From assembly GCA_002345745.1 (NCBI GenBank), contig DDWQ01000003.1, positions 6,028 through 70,027 of the forward strand: DNA of 64,000 nucleotides. Reading direction: 5' to 3'. The notes beneath the pieces are model-generated. The model searched no databases. It was not told the DNA's origin and saw only the letters and a program-made list of their open reading frames with translations. Source of the DNA: Candidatus Moranbacteria bacterium UBA2282 (lineage in GTDB: Bacteria > Patescibacteriota > Minisyncoccia > Moranbacterales > UBA2206). Numbering within the stretch: position 1 is the stretch's first letter; the number at the start of each line of letters is the position of its first letter. A program made the position numbers and the translations under genes. Shown here piece by piece: positions 9,496-18,468 of the stretch.

Positions 9496-9544
9496 TTCAT
9501 GTGTATTCAGAAAAATCAGTGAAAATCAGTGGTTCTGACAATAA

Positions 9545-9745
9545 TCTGCAGGCAAATCCCAAGAGTTAGACTCTCGGGGAAGGAACAGTATCGAGGTACG
9601 GTCCAGCTTCACCCCGCACCATTTTCAACAACATTTTGTGGTATAGATTTTAATTAAGAGCGAAGCGGCTTCGCCTTAAATTTCCTACACTACCACAGCT
9701 TGTTCCGAAAAATGGTGCGGGGCGGGACCAAACCGCCCATATCTG
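9545..9745 (-). ncRNA. Candidate structured ncRNA: GC-rich extended imperfect hairpin (6S-like or SRP-like?); strand uncertain
   Basis: GC-rich island in AT-rich intergenic DNA. Arm 9600-9646 (ggtccagcttcaccccgcaccattttcaacaacattttgtggtatag) pairs with arm 9688-9732 (ctacactaccacagcttgttccgaaaaatggtgcggggcgggacc) around an apical hairpin gcgaagc/gcttcgc. No ORF. The minus-strand reading contains AUACCACAAAAUGUUG, reminiscent of the E. coli 6S AUACCACAAGAAUGUGG segment. Only the minus orientation has a terminator (9471-9487). Confidence 0.35.
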
Positions 9746-9934
9746 GATAAAAAGTTCCCGAAATTGATGACAAAAGATAGAAGTCACCAATTGCCTACAG
9801 TTTACTGATAACCATATAAACGACATATTTCAGTCACTTTCATATGATTGGTTATCTTAGCACATCTTTCTTTTCTTGTCAAATGATGATATACTAGGTC
9901 TAAAGACCTTAAGTTTTAAATTTAAAATTGCTCA

Positions 9935-10984
9935 ATGTTAATAGATTCTTCTGAACAATTTGCCGCGATTGATTCCATAGTTGCACCAAAAGAAACTCCT
10001 GATGATCATAATCTGGATAACACTTTGCGTCCGCAAAATTTTACTGAATATATCGGACAGAGCAAAGTTAAAAAAAATTTGCATTTTCTAATTCAAGCAG
10101 CTAAAGAAAGAAAAGAGCCTATTGAACATATTTTGCTCTATGGTCCCGCCGGACTTGGCAAAACTACTTTGGCTAACATCATCGCTAAAGAAATGGGAGT
10201 TAATATTAAAACCACTTCTGGACCAGCCATTGAACGCGTCGGCGATTTTGGTTCCATTCTCACCAACCTACAAGATGGCGACATTCTTTTTATTGATGAA
10301 ATTCACCGTCTCAACAAATCAATCGAAGAAATTCTCTATCCCGCTATGGAAGATTTCAAGTTAGACATTATCATTGGCAAAGGACCATCGGCACGCACTA
10401 TTCAACTGGATTTGCCAAGATTCACCCTCATTGGTGCTACCACGAAACTTGGTTCACTTACTAATCCATTGCGTAATCGTTTTGGTGCAACCTATCGTTT
10501 GGAATTCTATGAAAAAGAAGATATTCAAAAAATAATTAGTCGCTCCAGCAAAATTCTCGGAGTGGACATTCATTCTACGGGACTGGAAAAAATTGCCAGC
10601 TGTGCTAGACAAACACCGCGTATTGCTAATCGTCTTTTGAAACGCGTACGTGATTTTTCTCAAATCAAAAATCATAAAATGGTAGATGGTGTTGTTGCCC
10701 AAGAAGCATTAGAGATGATCGACATTGATCCAATTGGGTTGGAACCTTCTGACCGACACATTCTGCGCACCATTATTGAAAAATTTAATGGCGGACCAGT
10801 TGGACTCGGCACAATTGCAGCGGCTACCAGTGAAGAAATAAAAACTATTGAGGATGTCTATGAACCATACTTACTACAAATCGGTTTTATGACCAGAACA
10901 CCACGCGGACGAATGATCACAGAACACGCCTACAAACATCTCGGGATTCCCTATTCCCATAAAACACCAGATGCTTTATTATAG
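9935..10984 (+). CDS. ruvB: Holliday junction branch-migration helicase RuvB
   Basis: [22 protein letters not shown] Walker A, AAA+ RuvB-like sequence throughout, ~349 aa. Confidence 0.9.
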   Translation: MLIDSSEQFAAIDSIVAPKETPDDHNLDNTLRPQNFTEYIGQSKVKKNLHFLIQAAKERKEPIEHILLYGPAGLGKTTLANIIAKEMGVNIKTTSGPAIERVGDFGSILTNLQDGDILFIDEIHRLNKSIEEILYPAMEDFKLDIIIGKGPSARTIQLDLPRFTLIGATTKLGSLTNPLRNRFGATYRLEFYEKEDIQKIISRSSKILGVDIHSTGLEKIASCARQTPRIANRLLKRVRDFSQIKNHKMVDGVVAQEALEMIDIDPIGLEPSDRHILRTIIEKFNGGPVGLGTIAAATSEEIKTIEDVYEPYLLQIGFMTRTPRGRMITEHAYKHLGIPYSHKTPDALL

Positions 10985-11251
10985 AGATACAAATTGTTAA
11001 GCAAAAAAAATGATCAATCTGATATTGTTATCGCTCTATTCAATTATTATTCTTATTTATATAATAGTTTCTTTTTTTATTGTTTATCATCTAGTTAAAT
11101 ATTCTATCAATTCTGAACTAAAAATAATAATGCTTTTTTTCTTTGTTCTTGTGTCTGCCGGATTGCTTATTTCAAATTTAGCTTTATTCTTTTCTATTGA
11201 TTGGAATGCTATCATAGCGGAAATATTGCCCTAATTTGTTATGAATTAATT

Positions 11252-11851
11252 ATGAACATCAATCACAAGTTTCACTTTATGGGTCAAAAAGATGATGAAC
11301 TAGTCATTATGATTATTCGTCGACATTGGTTTAATATTTTGCAACAATTATTTCTAGTTTTTCTAATGATATTTTTTCTCTTTGGCAGCCTTATCTATTT
11401 ACCGACTCTCTTTCCGATTCTTAGCACTTCCTCCGCTCAATCACTGTTTATATTTCTAGAAAATTCTTTTGCTTTAGTTATTTGGATAATTTTTTTCCTA
11501 ATTTGGATCGACTACTATTTTGATGTGTGGATCATAACTACACACCGAGTTGTAAATATTAATCAAAAAGGGTTGTTTGTTCGGACTGTCAGTGAATTGG
11601 AATTTAATAAAATTCAAGATGTGACTACAGAAGTTATGGGGGTTATTGGAACTTTTCTAAATTTTGGCGATGTTTTTATTCAAACAGCTGGTGAAAAAGA
11701 ACGTTTCGTCTTTCGACAAGTGCCTAATCCCTATGCCATCAAAGACCTTATTATGAATTTAGAAGAAAAGGAAGAGCAGGTTGATGCCAGTAAAAAAGCT
11801 CATGATGAGGCTAGAGCGTTAAAAGATGTTTTGCAAAATAGACCACTTTAA
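11252..11851 (+). CDS. Membrane protein with bacterial PH-like (YdbS/YdbT-type) domain; start chosen at an internal Met
   Basis: Two TM helices followed by a soluble domain (VVNINQKGLFVRTVSELEFNKIQDV...GDVFIQTAGEKERFVFRQVPNPYAIKDLI) typical of bPH_2. The longer ORF start at 11201 overlaps a doubtful small ORF. Confidence 0.45.
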   Translation: MNINHKFHFMGQKDDELVIMIIRRHWFNILQQLFLVFLMIFFLFGSLIYLPTLFPILSTSSAQSLFIFLENSFALVIWIIFFLIWIDYYFDVWIITTHRVVNINQKGLFVRTVSELEFNKIQDVTTEVMGVIGTFLNFGDVFIQTAGEKERFVFRQVPNPYAIKDLIMNLEEKEEQVDASKKAHDEARALKDVLQNRPL

Positions 11852-13865
11852 TCGTGAGTTACAAACAAAAAATAAAGTTCGGGTGAAAAATAAAAATAAA
11901 TGTGGTTTGCTTTTATTTTTTCCCTGCCTCATTGCAGGGTTTTTTGTTTTTGCAAAAAATACAATTGCAGTAACAAATCATCTGCTCATAACTGAGGTGC
12001 AAATTGCCGATAAACTTTCTACAAATCATGATTTTATAGAAATATATAATCCTACAGATTCTATTATTAATCTTAAAGGCTATCGCTTAGTAAAAAGATC
12101 TGATAAAATTACTTCTCCAGAAACTAGCATAAAATCATGGGATTCGGATGCATTTATAAACCCAGAATCATACATACTCTGGGCTTTTAACTCCAGTGCT
12201 GATAATTTTGCAAATATGTTAAAAGCTGATTTTTGGACGGGTTCCATAATTTCTCCCAAAAATGGGATTGCTATTCGATTAGGCAAAGAAAATGAAGGCA
12301 CAATTATTGATAGTGTTGGTTGGGGTGCTGATTGTAAAAATATTTTTTGTGATAACCCATTTATAGATGTCATTGATGACACCCATACTATCAATAGAAA
12401 AATGGCAGATGGAGAATTTATTGATACAAATAATGATTCAGCTGATTTTGTATTGGGAATACCATCTCCTAAGAAAGAAACTGTTGAAATAGCTATGCCA
12501 GAACCAAAAATTTATTCTAACAATATAACACTCAATGAAATCCTACCTTACCCATCTAATGGTGACAATGAATTTATTGAGCTGTATAATCCAAGCACAG
12601 AAAACTCCGATCTATCAGCTTGGATTTTGCGAGATGGATCTAAGACTGGAAAATATATTTTTCCTGCAGACACCACAATCCTAGCTCAAGATTATTTAGT
12701 TGTTTATAAAAAAGATTTTAAATTTGCACTCAATAATTCCGGTCTTGAATCAGTCATGCTCTACAATCCGGAGGAAAAAATAATTTCTACTCTCACCTAC
12801 ACTAGCGCCAAAAAAGATATTTCTTATAATTTTGACGGCTCATCTTGGCGCTGGAGCAAGTTTCTAACACCTGGCGCCATAAATATTTTCAATAATCTAC
12901 CCACCAGCAAAACTGAGGTGCCCAAAAAAATCTACAAAAATACTTACGCGGATTTTTCGGCTGCAGGTGCTGACGAAGACAATGATAATCTGAAATATAC
13001 CTGGGATTTTGGTGATGGCCACAAAAGTTATCTGCCAGAAACGCACCATAAATATGAAAAAACTGGCAATTATGCCGTTACGCTGAAAATTTTTGACGGT
13101 AGTGAAGAAGATCTTAAAACTTTCGAAGTTGCAGTAGAAAATTTTCCTGCGCTAGATGTGAATATTATTGGTCTATCACCTAATCCAGCGGGCGCCGACA
13201 CTGATGTGGAATATATTCTCCTAAAAAATGCCACCAAGAAAAAAATCAATCTGAACGGCTGGAGCATTGCTACTGCCAGCAAAAAAGATTTCACAAACCA
13301 CCCAATTAATCTAGATCTAATCCTGAAACCGAAACAAGAATTCAAACTCACGCATCTTTATTCCAAATTCAGCCTCAACAACACTAGTGCCAAAATCGAA
13401 CTGCGCTACCCCAATGGCAAAGTCGCCTCCAAGACTTCTTACAAATCTCCCGTCAAATCAATTCCGGATGATGCGACTTATGAAAAAATTAAAGGTGGTT
13501 GGACTTGGAAATTTCCAATCATCAAATCTAAAAATCCCACAGCAGTAGCTTCCATAGAGCCTTCTATAGAGGCCTCTATCCAACAACCACCAGAAAAAAC
13601 CGCCGAGCAATTAGAACAAGAATTGGAAGCAGCAAAAAATCTAGGCAATTTTTCACCCACTCCAGAAATTGAAAATAAAAAACAAACCAAATTTTCTCTC
13701 TTAAATTTTGGTCTGCACATTACTACTGTGAAGGCTTTTTCCGAAACAGTCTCCATCTCTAATCATACGAAAACACAAGACTCCCCCATTTGCAAACATT
13801 GGCTTACACAATTGTGTGATAATTTGTTTTTCAAATTTAATTTTTGGTTGAATGGTGTTTTATAG
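11826..13865 (+). CDS. Secreted protein with three lamin-tail-domain (LTD) repeats and a PKD domain
   Basis: HDFIEIYNPTDSIINLKGYRL, NEFIELYNPSTENSDLSAWILRD and VEYILLKNATKKKINLNGWSIA are LTD signatures. YTWDFGDGHKS is the PKD WDFGDG motif. N-terminal hydrophobic anchor. Confidence 0.7.
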   Translation: MFCKIDHFNRELQTKNKVRVKNKNKCGLLLFFPCLIAGFFVFAKNTIAVTNHLLITEVQIADKLSTNHDFIEIYNPTDSIINLKGYRLVKRSDKITSPETSIKSWDSDAFINPESYILWAFNSSADNFANMLKADFWTGSIISPKNGIAIRLGKENEGTIIDSVGWGADCKNIFCDNPFIDVIDDTHTINRKMADGEFIDTNNDSADFVLGIPSPKKETVEIAMPEPKIYSNNITLNEILPYPSNGDNEFIELYNPSTENSDLSAWILRDGSKTGKYIFPADTTILAQDYLVVYKKDFKFALNNSGLESVMLYNPEEKIISTLTYTSAKKDISYNFDGSSWRWSKFLTPGAINIFNNLPTSKTEVPKKIYKNTYADFSAAGADEDNDNLKYTWDFGDGHKSYLPETHHKYEKTGNYAVTLKIFDGSEEDLKTFEVAVENFPALDVNIIGLSPNPAGADTDVEYILLKNATKKKINLNGWSIATASKKDFTNHPINLDLILKPKQEFKLTHLYSKFSLNNTSAKIELRYPNGKVASKTSYKSPVKSIPDDATYEKIKGGWTWKFPIIKSKNPTAVASIEPSIEASIQQPPEKTAEQLEQELEAAKNLGNFSPTPEIENKKQTKFSLLNFGLHITTVKAFSETVSISNHTKTQDSPICKHWLTQLCDNLFFKFNFWLNGVL

Positions 13866-14002
13866 ATGAGCTCTTTTTTATTTTTGATTAGTTCTTATTG
13901 TACACAAATGTACAGCTCTGCAAAATAAATCCAGACAAAAAATTCACTTCTACTATTGCAAAGAAATAAAATGTATGATATAATGGAAATACATTAACAA
14001 TA

Positions 14003-14590
14003 ATGTTAATCTTTATGTCTAATGTCACAAAAAGAATATTAAAACTAACTTCCTCCCCTAAAACCGTCTTTACAGTGGCTGATTTAGCTATTTTTTGGGA
14101 AACAGAAAATAAAAATGTTCTACGCGTGACTATTTCTAGAGCCAAAAGTGCTGGCTATTTACAATCTATACAAAGAGGCCTGTATGCTCTAACTAACGCC
14201 AATATTGACCTGTTTGAATTGGCTGGCAAGCTCAAAAAACATTCCTACATAAGTTTTGAGACTGTCCTAACTCAATCCGGGGTAATCTTTCAATGGCATA
14301 ATGAAATCATTTCAGCTAGTGACAATGGGTTTGAAACAGAAAATAGTTATGGAAAGTTTACCTATCGAAAATTGCCAGAAAGCGCTCTTTTAGACAATAT
14401 TGGAATCATCAATACTGAAAATTATTTTATTGCTTCAGCTGAAAGAGCACTGTGTGATAAGATATACAAAGATGGTTTAGTTTATTTTGACGATTTGAGC
14501 GGAGTAGATGGAAAGCTCGCAATGAAAATTTCCAAAATATATCATAACAAACGTCTAGAGAAAGACATTAAAAAATTATTTTCATTATGA
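14003..14590 (+). CDS. abiEi: AbiEi-family antitoxin / transcriptional regulator (type IV TA, abortive infection AbiE)
   Basis: ~195-aa protein immediately upstream of, and overlapping by 4 nt (ATGA) with, an AbiEii-family nucleotidyltransferase gene. The operon layout is classical AbiE. The N-terminal wHTH assignment is inferred. Confidence 0.55.
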   Translation: MLIFMSNVTKRILKLTSSPKTVFTVADLAIFWETENKNVLRVTISRAKSAGYLQSIQRGLYALTNANIDLFELAGKLKKHSYISFETVLTQSGVIFQWHNEIISASDNGFETENSYGKFTYRKLPESALLDNIGIINTENYFIASAERALCDKIYKDGLVYFDDLSGVDGKLAMKISKIYHNKRLEKDIKKLFSL

Positions 14591-15309
14591 TTATCAACAA
14601 ACAACAACATAAAAAAATGATGCTAGATATTTTATCAGACATATCTTCTGATCCAATTTTAGCTATCAATCTTGGCTTCAAAGGCGGAACTTGTGTCTAT
14701 TTTTTATACAGCTTAGACCGTTTTTCTGTTGACTTGGATTTTGACTTATTAGATATTGAAAAGAAGGAAGAAGCTCTCAACAGACTAGATCTCCTCTTGG
14801 TAAAATATGGGAAGGTGAGCACAGATGGAACTATGCGTCGAAAAGTTAAATATTCAGAGGAATCTGCCACTCTCAAGGTTGACGTTTCTGATCGGATTGA
14901 GATAAATGCTCTGAATACATACGAAGTAAAAGATATTGTATCTGGAGTGCCACTCAAAATACTATCCAAAAAAGATATTTTCGCTCACAAGTTAGTCGCT
15001 ATATCTAATCGCTATAACAATAAAACAACCAACAAAGTCATTACCAATCGGGATCTATATGATGTTAATTTCTTTTTTGACAATAAGTGGGCTTTCAATG
15101 AAAAAATTATTGAGTTGCGCGTAGGAAAGAAAGCTGTCGAATATTTAGCTGACTTGAAAAAACTTATTGAAGATAAAGTTGATGCCAAGAAAATTCTAGA
15201 TGGCATTGGAGCATTGGTTGACGACAAAAAAAGACTTTGGGTTCGCAGAAATCTGAAACAAGAGGTGCTAAAAAAACTATCCCTGCAAATAGAATCAATG
15301 CGAGAATAG
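14587..15309 (+). CDS. abiEii: AbiEii/AbiGii-family nucleotidyltransferase toxin (DUF1814)
   Basis: LGFKGGTCVYFLYSLDRFSVDLDFDL matches the AbiEii GG[TS]..-R.S.D[IL]DF nucleotidyltransferase motifs. Confidence 0.75.
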   Translation: MIINKQQHKKMMLDILSDISSDPILAINLGFKGGTCVYFLYSLDRFSVDLDFDLLDIEKKEEALNRLDLLLVKYGKVSTDGTMRRKVKYSEESATLKVDVSDRIEINALNTYEVKDIVSGVPLKILSKKDIFAHKLVAISNRYNNKTTNKVITNRDLYDVNFFFDNKWAFNEKIIELRVGKKAVEYLADLKKLIEDKVDAKKILDGIGALVDDKKRLWVRRNLKQEVLKKLSLQIESMRE

Positions 15310-15392
15310 AAATTTAAATTTATTTATAAATACTTTTCTTGCTCCTAAAATTACTTTAGAATAATTATTTCTAAAAAATTGTTATTATTGCC

Positions 15393-15429
15393 CATAAAAA
15401 AGAGCAGGTGGTAAATTCACACCTGCTCT
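15393..15429 (-). terminator. Rho-independent terminator (agagcaggtg/cacctgctct 10-bp stem) oriented for the minus-strand gene at 15467-15805
   Basis: Perfect 10-bp stem at 15401-15410/15420-15429 with a 9-nt loop. The T-run follows on the minus strand (A6 at 15395-15400 on plus). Confidence 0.6.
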
Positions 15430-15466
15430 GAAGTGAGGTTAATAAATTTGATTGTTACAATCTCAT

Positions 15467-15805
15467 TTAATTTTGTTTTTTCTTGTCCAAACAATCATCA
15501 CAGATGAAGCTACAATGCGATTTAATACACCATACCATAATTGCCAATGCAATCTGCGTCATCGGTGACTCATTTATATCTACTGGTTTTGAATCAGCAT
15601 CCGCAAGGCTTTCTATATCAATGCTCCCGATATATCCAATGCCATAAACAATTTTCTTGCAGTTATCACACTCATTTTTTACCCATGGGTAAGTTTCATT
15701 TTTTTGAACATACACAATGAAAACTTTCTCTCCGCTTTCATTAAAAATATCAAACATCTTATCATTAACTTTTTCAGCTCTTAAGTTTATTTTTGTTTCT
15801 GCCAT
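15467..15805 (-). CDS. Hypothetical Cys-containing protein (start at internal Met with strong SD)
   Basis: AAGGAG sits 6 nt upstream of the ATG encoding MAETKINLRAEKV. The longer ORF start at 15865 lacks an SD. Confidence 0.45.
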   Translation of the reverse strand: MAETKINLRAEKVNDKMFDIFNESGEKVFIVYVQKNETYPWVKNECDNCKKIVYGIGYIGSIDIESLADADSKPVDINESPMTQIALAIMVWCIKSHCSFICDDCLDKKKQN

Positions 15806-16090
15806 CGCATCTCCTTTTTCCCGATATTTGTTCATTGGCCTCGGATAATGGCAACTATATTGCATTAGAAAAGAACCAGCGTCTAATTTTAATCTATTTT
15901 AGCTTTCTTAATCTTATTATACACGCTAGTCTAACAAAATAAAAATGTCAATAAATTATATAAGATGCGCACCTAGAAGTAAATTTTTCTCCCATACTCC
16001 CACCGCAAAATAAGGCATAACAATCGGCTGAATATTACTCATAGAAAGATCTGGGACGCGCATTTTCTCACTCCAATCAACTCGCCACTA

Positions 16091-16128
16091 CCATACTTAA
16101 ATTATGGCAATTGCAATATATTAAGTAT
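16091..16128. repeat. ~38-bp palindromic element, copy A (atacTtaa-attatggcaattgcaatatat-ttaAgtat)
   Basis: 8-bp perfect inverted arms around a 21-bp core containing the palindrome gcaattgc. Repeated at 16812-16849. Confidence 0.6.
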
Positions 16129-16176
16129 GTTGTTAAAATGGAGATACTCTTTTTTTAATTATTTCATTATTCACAA

Positions 16177-16782
16177 ATGACGCCAGAAAATAGTTTGCAA
16201 AAAATTGTAGATGACTTTCGTTATTCCGACAGTGTGCCAGCCACCGCTGCTAAATTTATTCTGGCAGCATTGGCCGCTGGACCGGTTATTGTTTCTGCTG
16301 CAGCTTTTCCTGGTTTATTTTCAGAATTAAATCGTACCAGTAAGAAAAATAAATATTCGCGAGACCAATTTAAACGAGCTTATCAAAACTTAAAATATAA
16401 AAAGCTCATCCAAATTGTACAGGAGGATAATGAAAAATTTGAAGTACAGCTGACTAATAGTGGCATTGCGCGAGTTAAAACCTTTTATTTCAAAACACTA
16501 AAAATACAAAAACCAAAAAAATGGGACAAGAAATGGCGAATTTTTATTTTTGACATCCCCGCCAAACCAAAAGCATATCATCAAGCACGCGAAGCGTTAC
16601 GCAAGAAAATTAAAGATCTGGGATTTTATCAAATGCAAAAAAGTGTCTGGGTCTATCCCTATGAATGCGAGGATGAAATTCTTTTTGTGGCTGAACTATT
16701 TTATGTGCAAAAATATATTGAAATCCTCACCGTTGAAAAGCTGCTTCATGAAGAAAAAATTAAAAAAATTTTCAATTTATAA
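16177..16782 (+). CDS. Hypothetical regulator-like protein: winged-helix-like middle region plus C-terminal Cas2-like/PaaX_C-like domain
   Basis: C-terminus KKWRIFIFDIPAKPKAYHQAREALRKKIKDLGFYQMQKSVWVYPYE resembles the Cas2/PaaX C-terminal fold pattern (IF.FDIP...R..LR..L...G...Q.SV...P). Flanked by the palindromic repeats. The Cas2/PaaX fold call is a motif resemblance only, not a database or structure result. Confidence 0.45.
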   Translation: MTPENSLQKIVDDFRYSDSVPATAAKFILAALAAGPVIVSAAAFPGLFSELNRTSKKNKYSRDQFKRAYQNLKYKKLIQIVQEDNEKFEVQLTNSGIARVKTFYFKTLKIQKPKKWDKKWRIFIFDIPAKPKAYHQAREALRKKIKDLGFYQMQKSVWVYPYECEDEILFVAELFYVQKYIEILTVEKLLHEEKIKKIFNL

Positions 16783-16811
16783 ACTATAGCTAGTTTTTAT
16801 ACTTATTTTTT

Positions 16812-16849
16812 ATTTCCTACATACTCAAATTATGGCAATTGCAATATAT
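16812..16849. repeat. ~38-bp palindromic element, copy B (atacTCaa-attatggcaattgcaatatat-ttGAgtat)
   Basis: Same core as copy A. The arm changes t>c and a>g are compensatory and preserve the inverted repeat. Confidence 0.6.
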
Positions 16850-16884
16850 TGAGTACTCTGTGCGTATTTATAATTTTTAATTTA

Positions 16885-16920
16885 AAAAAGCCAGAACCGT
16901 AATAGGCTTTGGCTTTTTTT
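16885..16920. terminator. Bidirectional terminator hairpin (aaaaaagcca...tggcttttttt)
   Basis: aagcca/tggctt stem with an A-run on the left and a T-run on the right, between the convergent genes at 16177-16782 (+) and 17130-17378 (-). Confidence 0.5.
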
Positions 16921-17129
16921 AAATACTACACTTTCAAGAAAGTTAATACCTCCTTTTTAACAGAACTAGTTTAAAATCCGCATCTATACATCCACCCTCC
17001 TTTAGCCAAAAACGAGCACCATTGAAAGCTGTAACGGGATACAATCATCCACCCCTGCCGATCCTGTTATCAAAAAACTTTTTCTCTTCTTCGGTTTCGG
17101 GTTCGAAATGAAGATCCAAACAACCCTCT

Positions 17130-17378
17130 TTAAGGACACATGTCGTTTTCATCTTGAGCTACCTCCCTTCTGTGTTTTTTATATTCAACGACTACGCAAG
17201 AATCACGCTGTGGCATCATACCCCCACCCATAACCAATCCTTGATAATGCACTTGATTTTCAATCCACCAATCTACAATTTCCACATCACCCAATTCATC
17301 TTCGATTGCATTGCTCACATTCCTATCATCTGGCGCAAAATTTCGAATAACAATGCGATGTTGATGTATTTTTTTCAT
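17130..17378 (-). CDS. Small hypothetical protein (82 aa)
   Basis: ORF only; no recognisable motif. Confidence 0.3.
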   Translation of the reverse strand: MKKIHQHRIVIRNFAPDDRNVSNAIEDELGDVEIVDWWIENQVHYQGLVMGGGMMPQRDSCVVVEYKKHRREVAQDENDMCP

Positions 17379-17561
17379 AGCAATCTCCTTTTTTCATTGT
17401 TAAAGTTCTGGGTTAATATTAAGCGATCACGGTAATAGCTTAATGACAAAGTATATGCTAAAGAAAAATTATTGTCCTAATTTAGGTTATTTAATTGTAA
17501 TTGTTGACAATCTGTGGCTTATTTGATAGATTATATTTAGCGACCTTTTTGGCGTCATTTT

Positions 17562-18296
17562 ATGATAATTGAAGATTTAATGACAATTGGCTTGGACAAA
17601 AAAGAAGCACAACTTTATTTGTGCCTACTTGAACTTGGAGAAACTAATATAGCCCGTATCGTTAAAAAATCCGGTATCAAGCGTACTACCTGCTATGATG
17701 TGATTGAATCTCTCAAGGAAAAAGGTCTTATTTCCATCATCGTAAAAAAAGCTAAAATTTTCTATTTCGCTGAAGACCCCCGAAAATTGGAGCGCCAATT
17801 GGATGAAAAAAAACATCTTCTCTCCCACATCCTTCCTCAACTCCTGTCCGTCGCCAACCTGATTGATAAAAAGCCAACTATCCGCTATTTCGAAGGCGTT
17901 GAGGGCATCAAAGATGTTTATCGCGATACGCTGAATCATCCTAAACAAGAACTTTTAGCCTGGATTTCCGACGACGCGGTGGATTATTTTGACATCGATT
18001 GGCTGTGGAATTTTTATGTCACCAAAAGAGTAGAGAAAAAAATTTGGTCCAGGTCAATTGCGCCGGATGTTCCCTATCTGAAAAACGTAAAGACCTTTGA
18101 TCAAGAGCATCTGCGCCAAAGCAGACTAATCTCACCGAAAGAATTTCCTTTTCAGGTAGAAATAAACTTATATAGCAATGACAAGATAGGTATCATGTCT
18201 TTCCGCGAACAGTTTGGCTTGGTTATCGAAAGTAAAAAAATTTACACCACCCTCAAAAGCATCTTTGAGGCGCATTGGAAATCACTCAATAGTTAA
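17562..18296 (+). CDS. TrmB-family transcriptional regulator
   Basis: N-terminal HTH LGLDKKEAQLYLCLLELGETNIARIVKKSGIKRTTCYDVIESLKEKGLI is typical of TrmB. A TTGACA promoter-like hexamer lies at ~17505. Confidence 0.75.
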   Translation: MIIEDLMTIGLDKKEAQLYLCLLELGETNIARIVKKSGIKRTTCYDVIESLKEKGLISIIVKKAKIFYFAEDPRKLERQLDEKKHLLSHILPQLLSVANLIDKKPTIRYFEGVEGIKDVYRDTLNHPKQELLAWISDDAVDYFDIDWLWNFYVTKRVEKKIWSRSIAPDVPYLKNVKTFDQEHLRQSRLISPKEFPFQVEINLYSNDKIGIMSFREQFGLVIESKKIYTTLKSIFEAHWKSLNS

Positions 18297-18468
18297 AAAT
18301 TAAAAAATCGATCTTCGAGCTGCTCTGAGACAATCTGCCGGAAGTGAAAACAAAAGTTGAACTTACCGTCTCAAAATGCTAGACTTATACTATACTAATA
18401 TACTTAACACCTATCGTAGACATGAAACGCTAATAATGACGCGCGATTCACGCTCTACGCTCAACGAT

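Noticed and set aside
11010-11234. 74-aa very hydrophobic ORF upstream of the bPH membrane protein
   Set aside because: Low-complexity I/L/F-rich translation of AT-rich DNA overlapping the next gene's alternative start; could be real but unsupported.
16990-17130. GC-richer patch containing CACCCTCCTTTAG (anti-SD-like) and GGGTTCGAAAT (T-loop-like)
   Set aside because: No flanking rRNA-like sequence and no cloverleaf can be drawn around the T-loop-like motif; judged coincidental.
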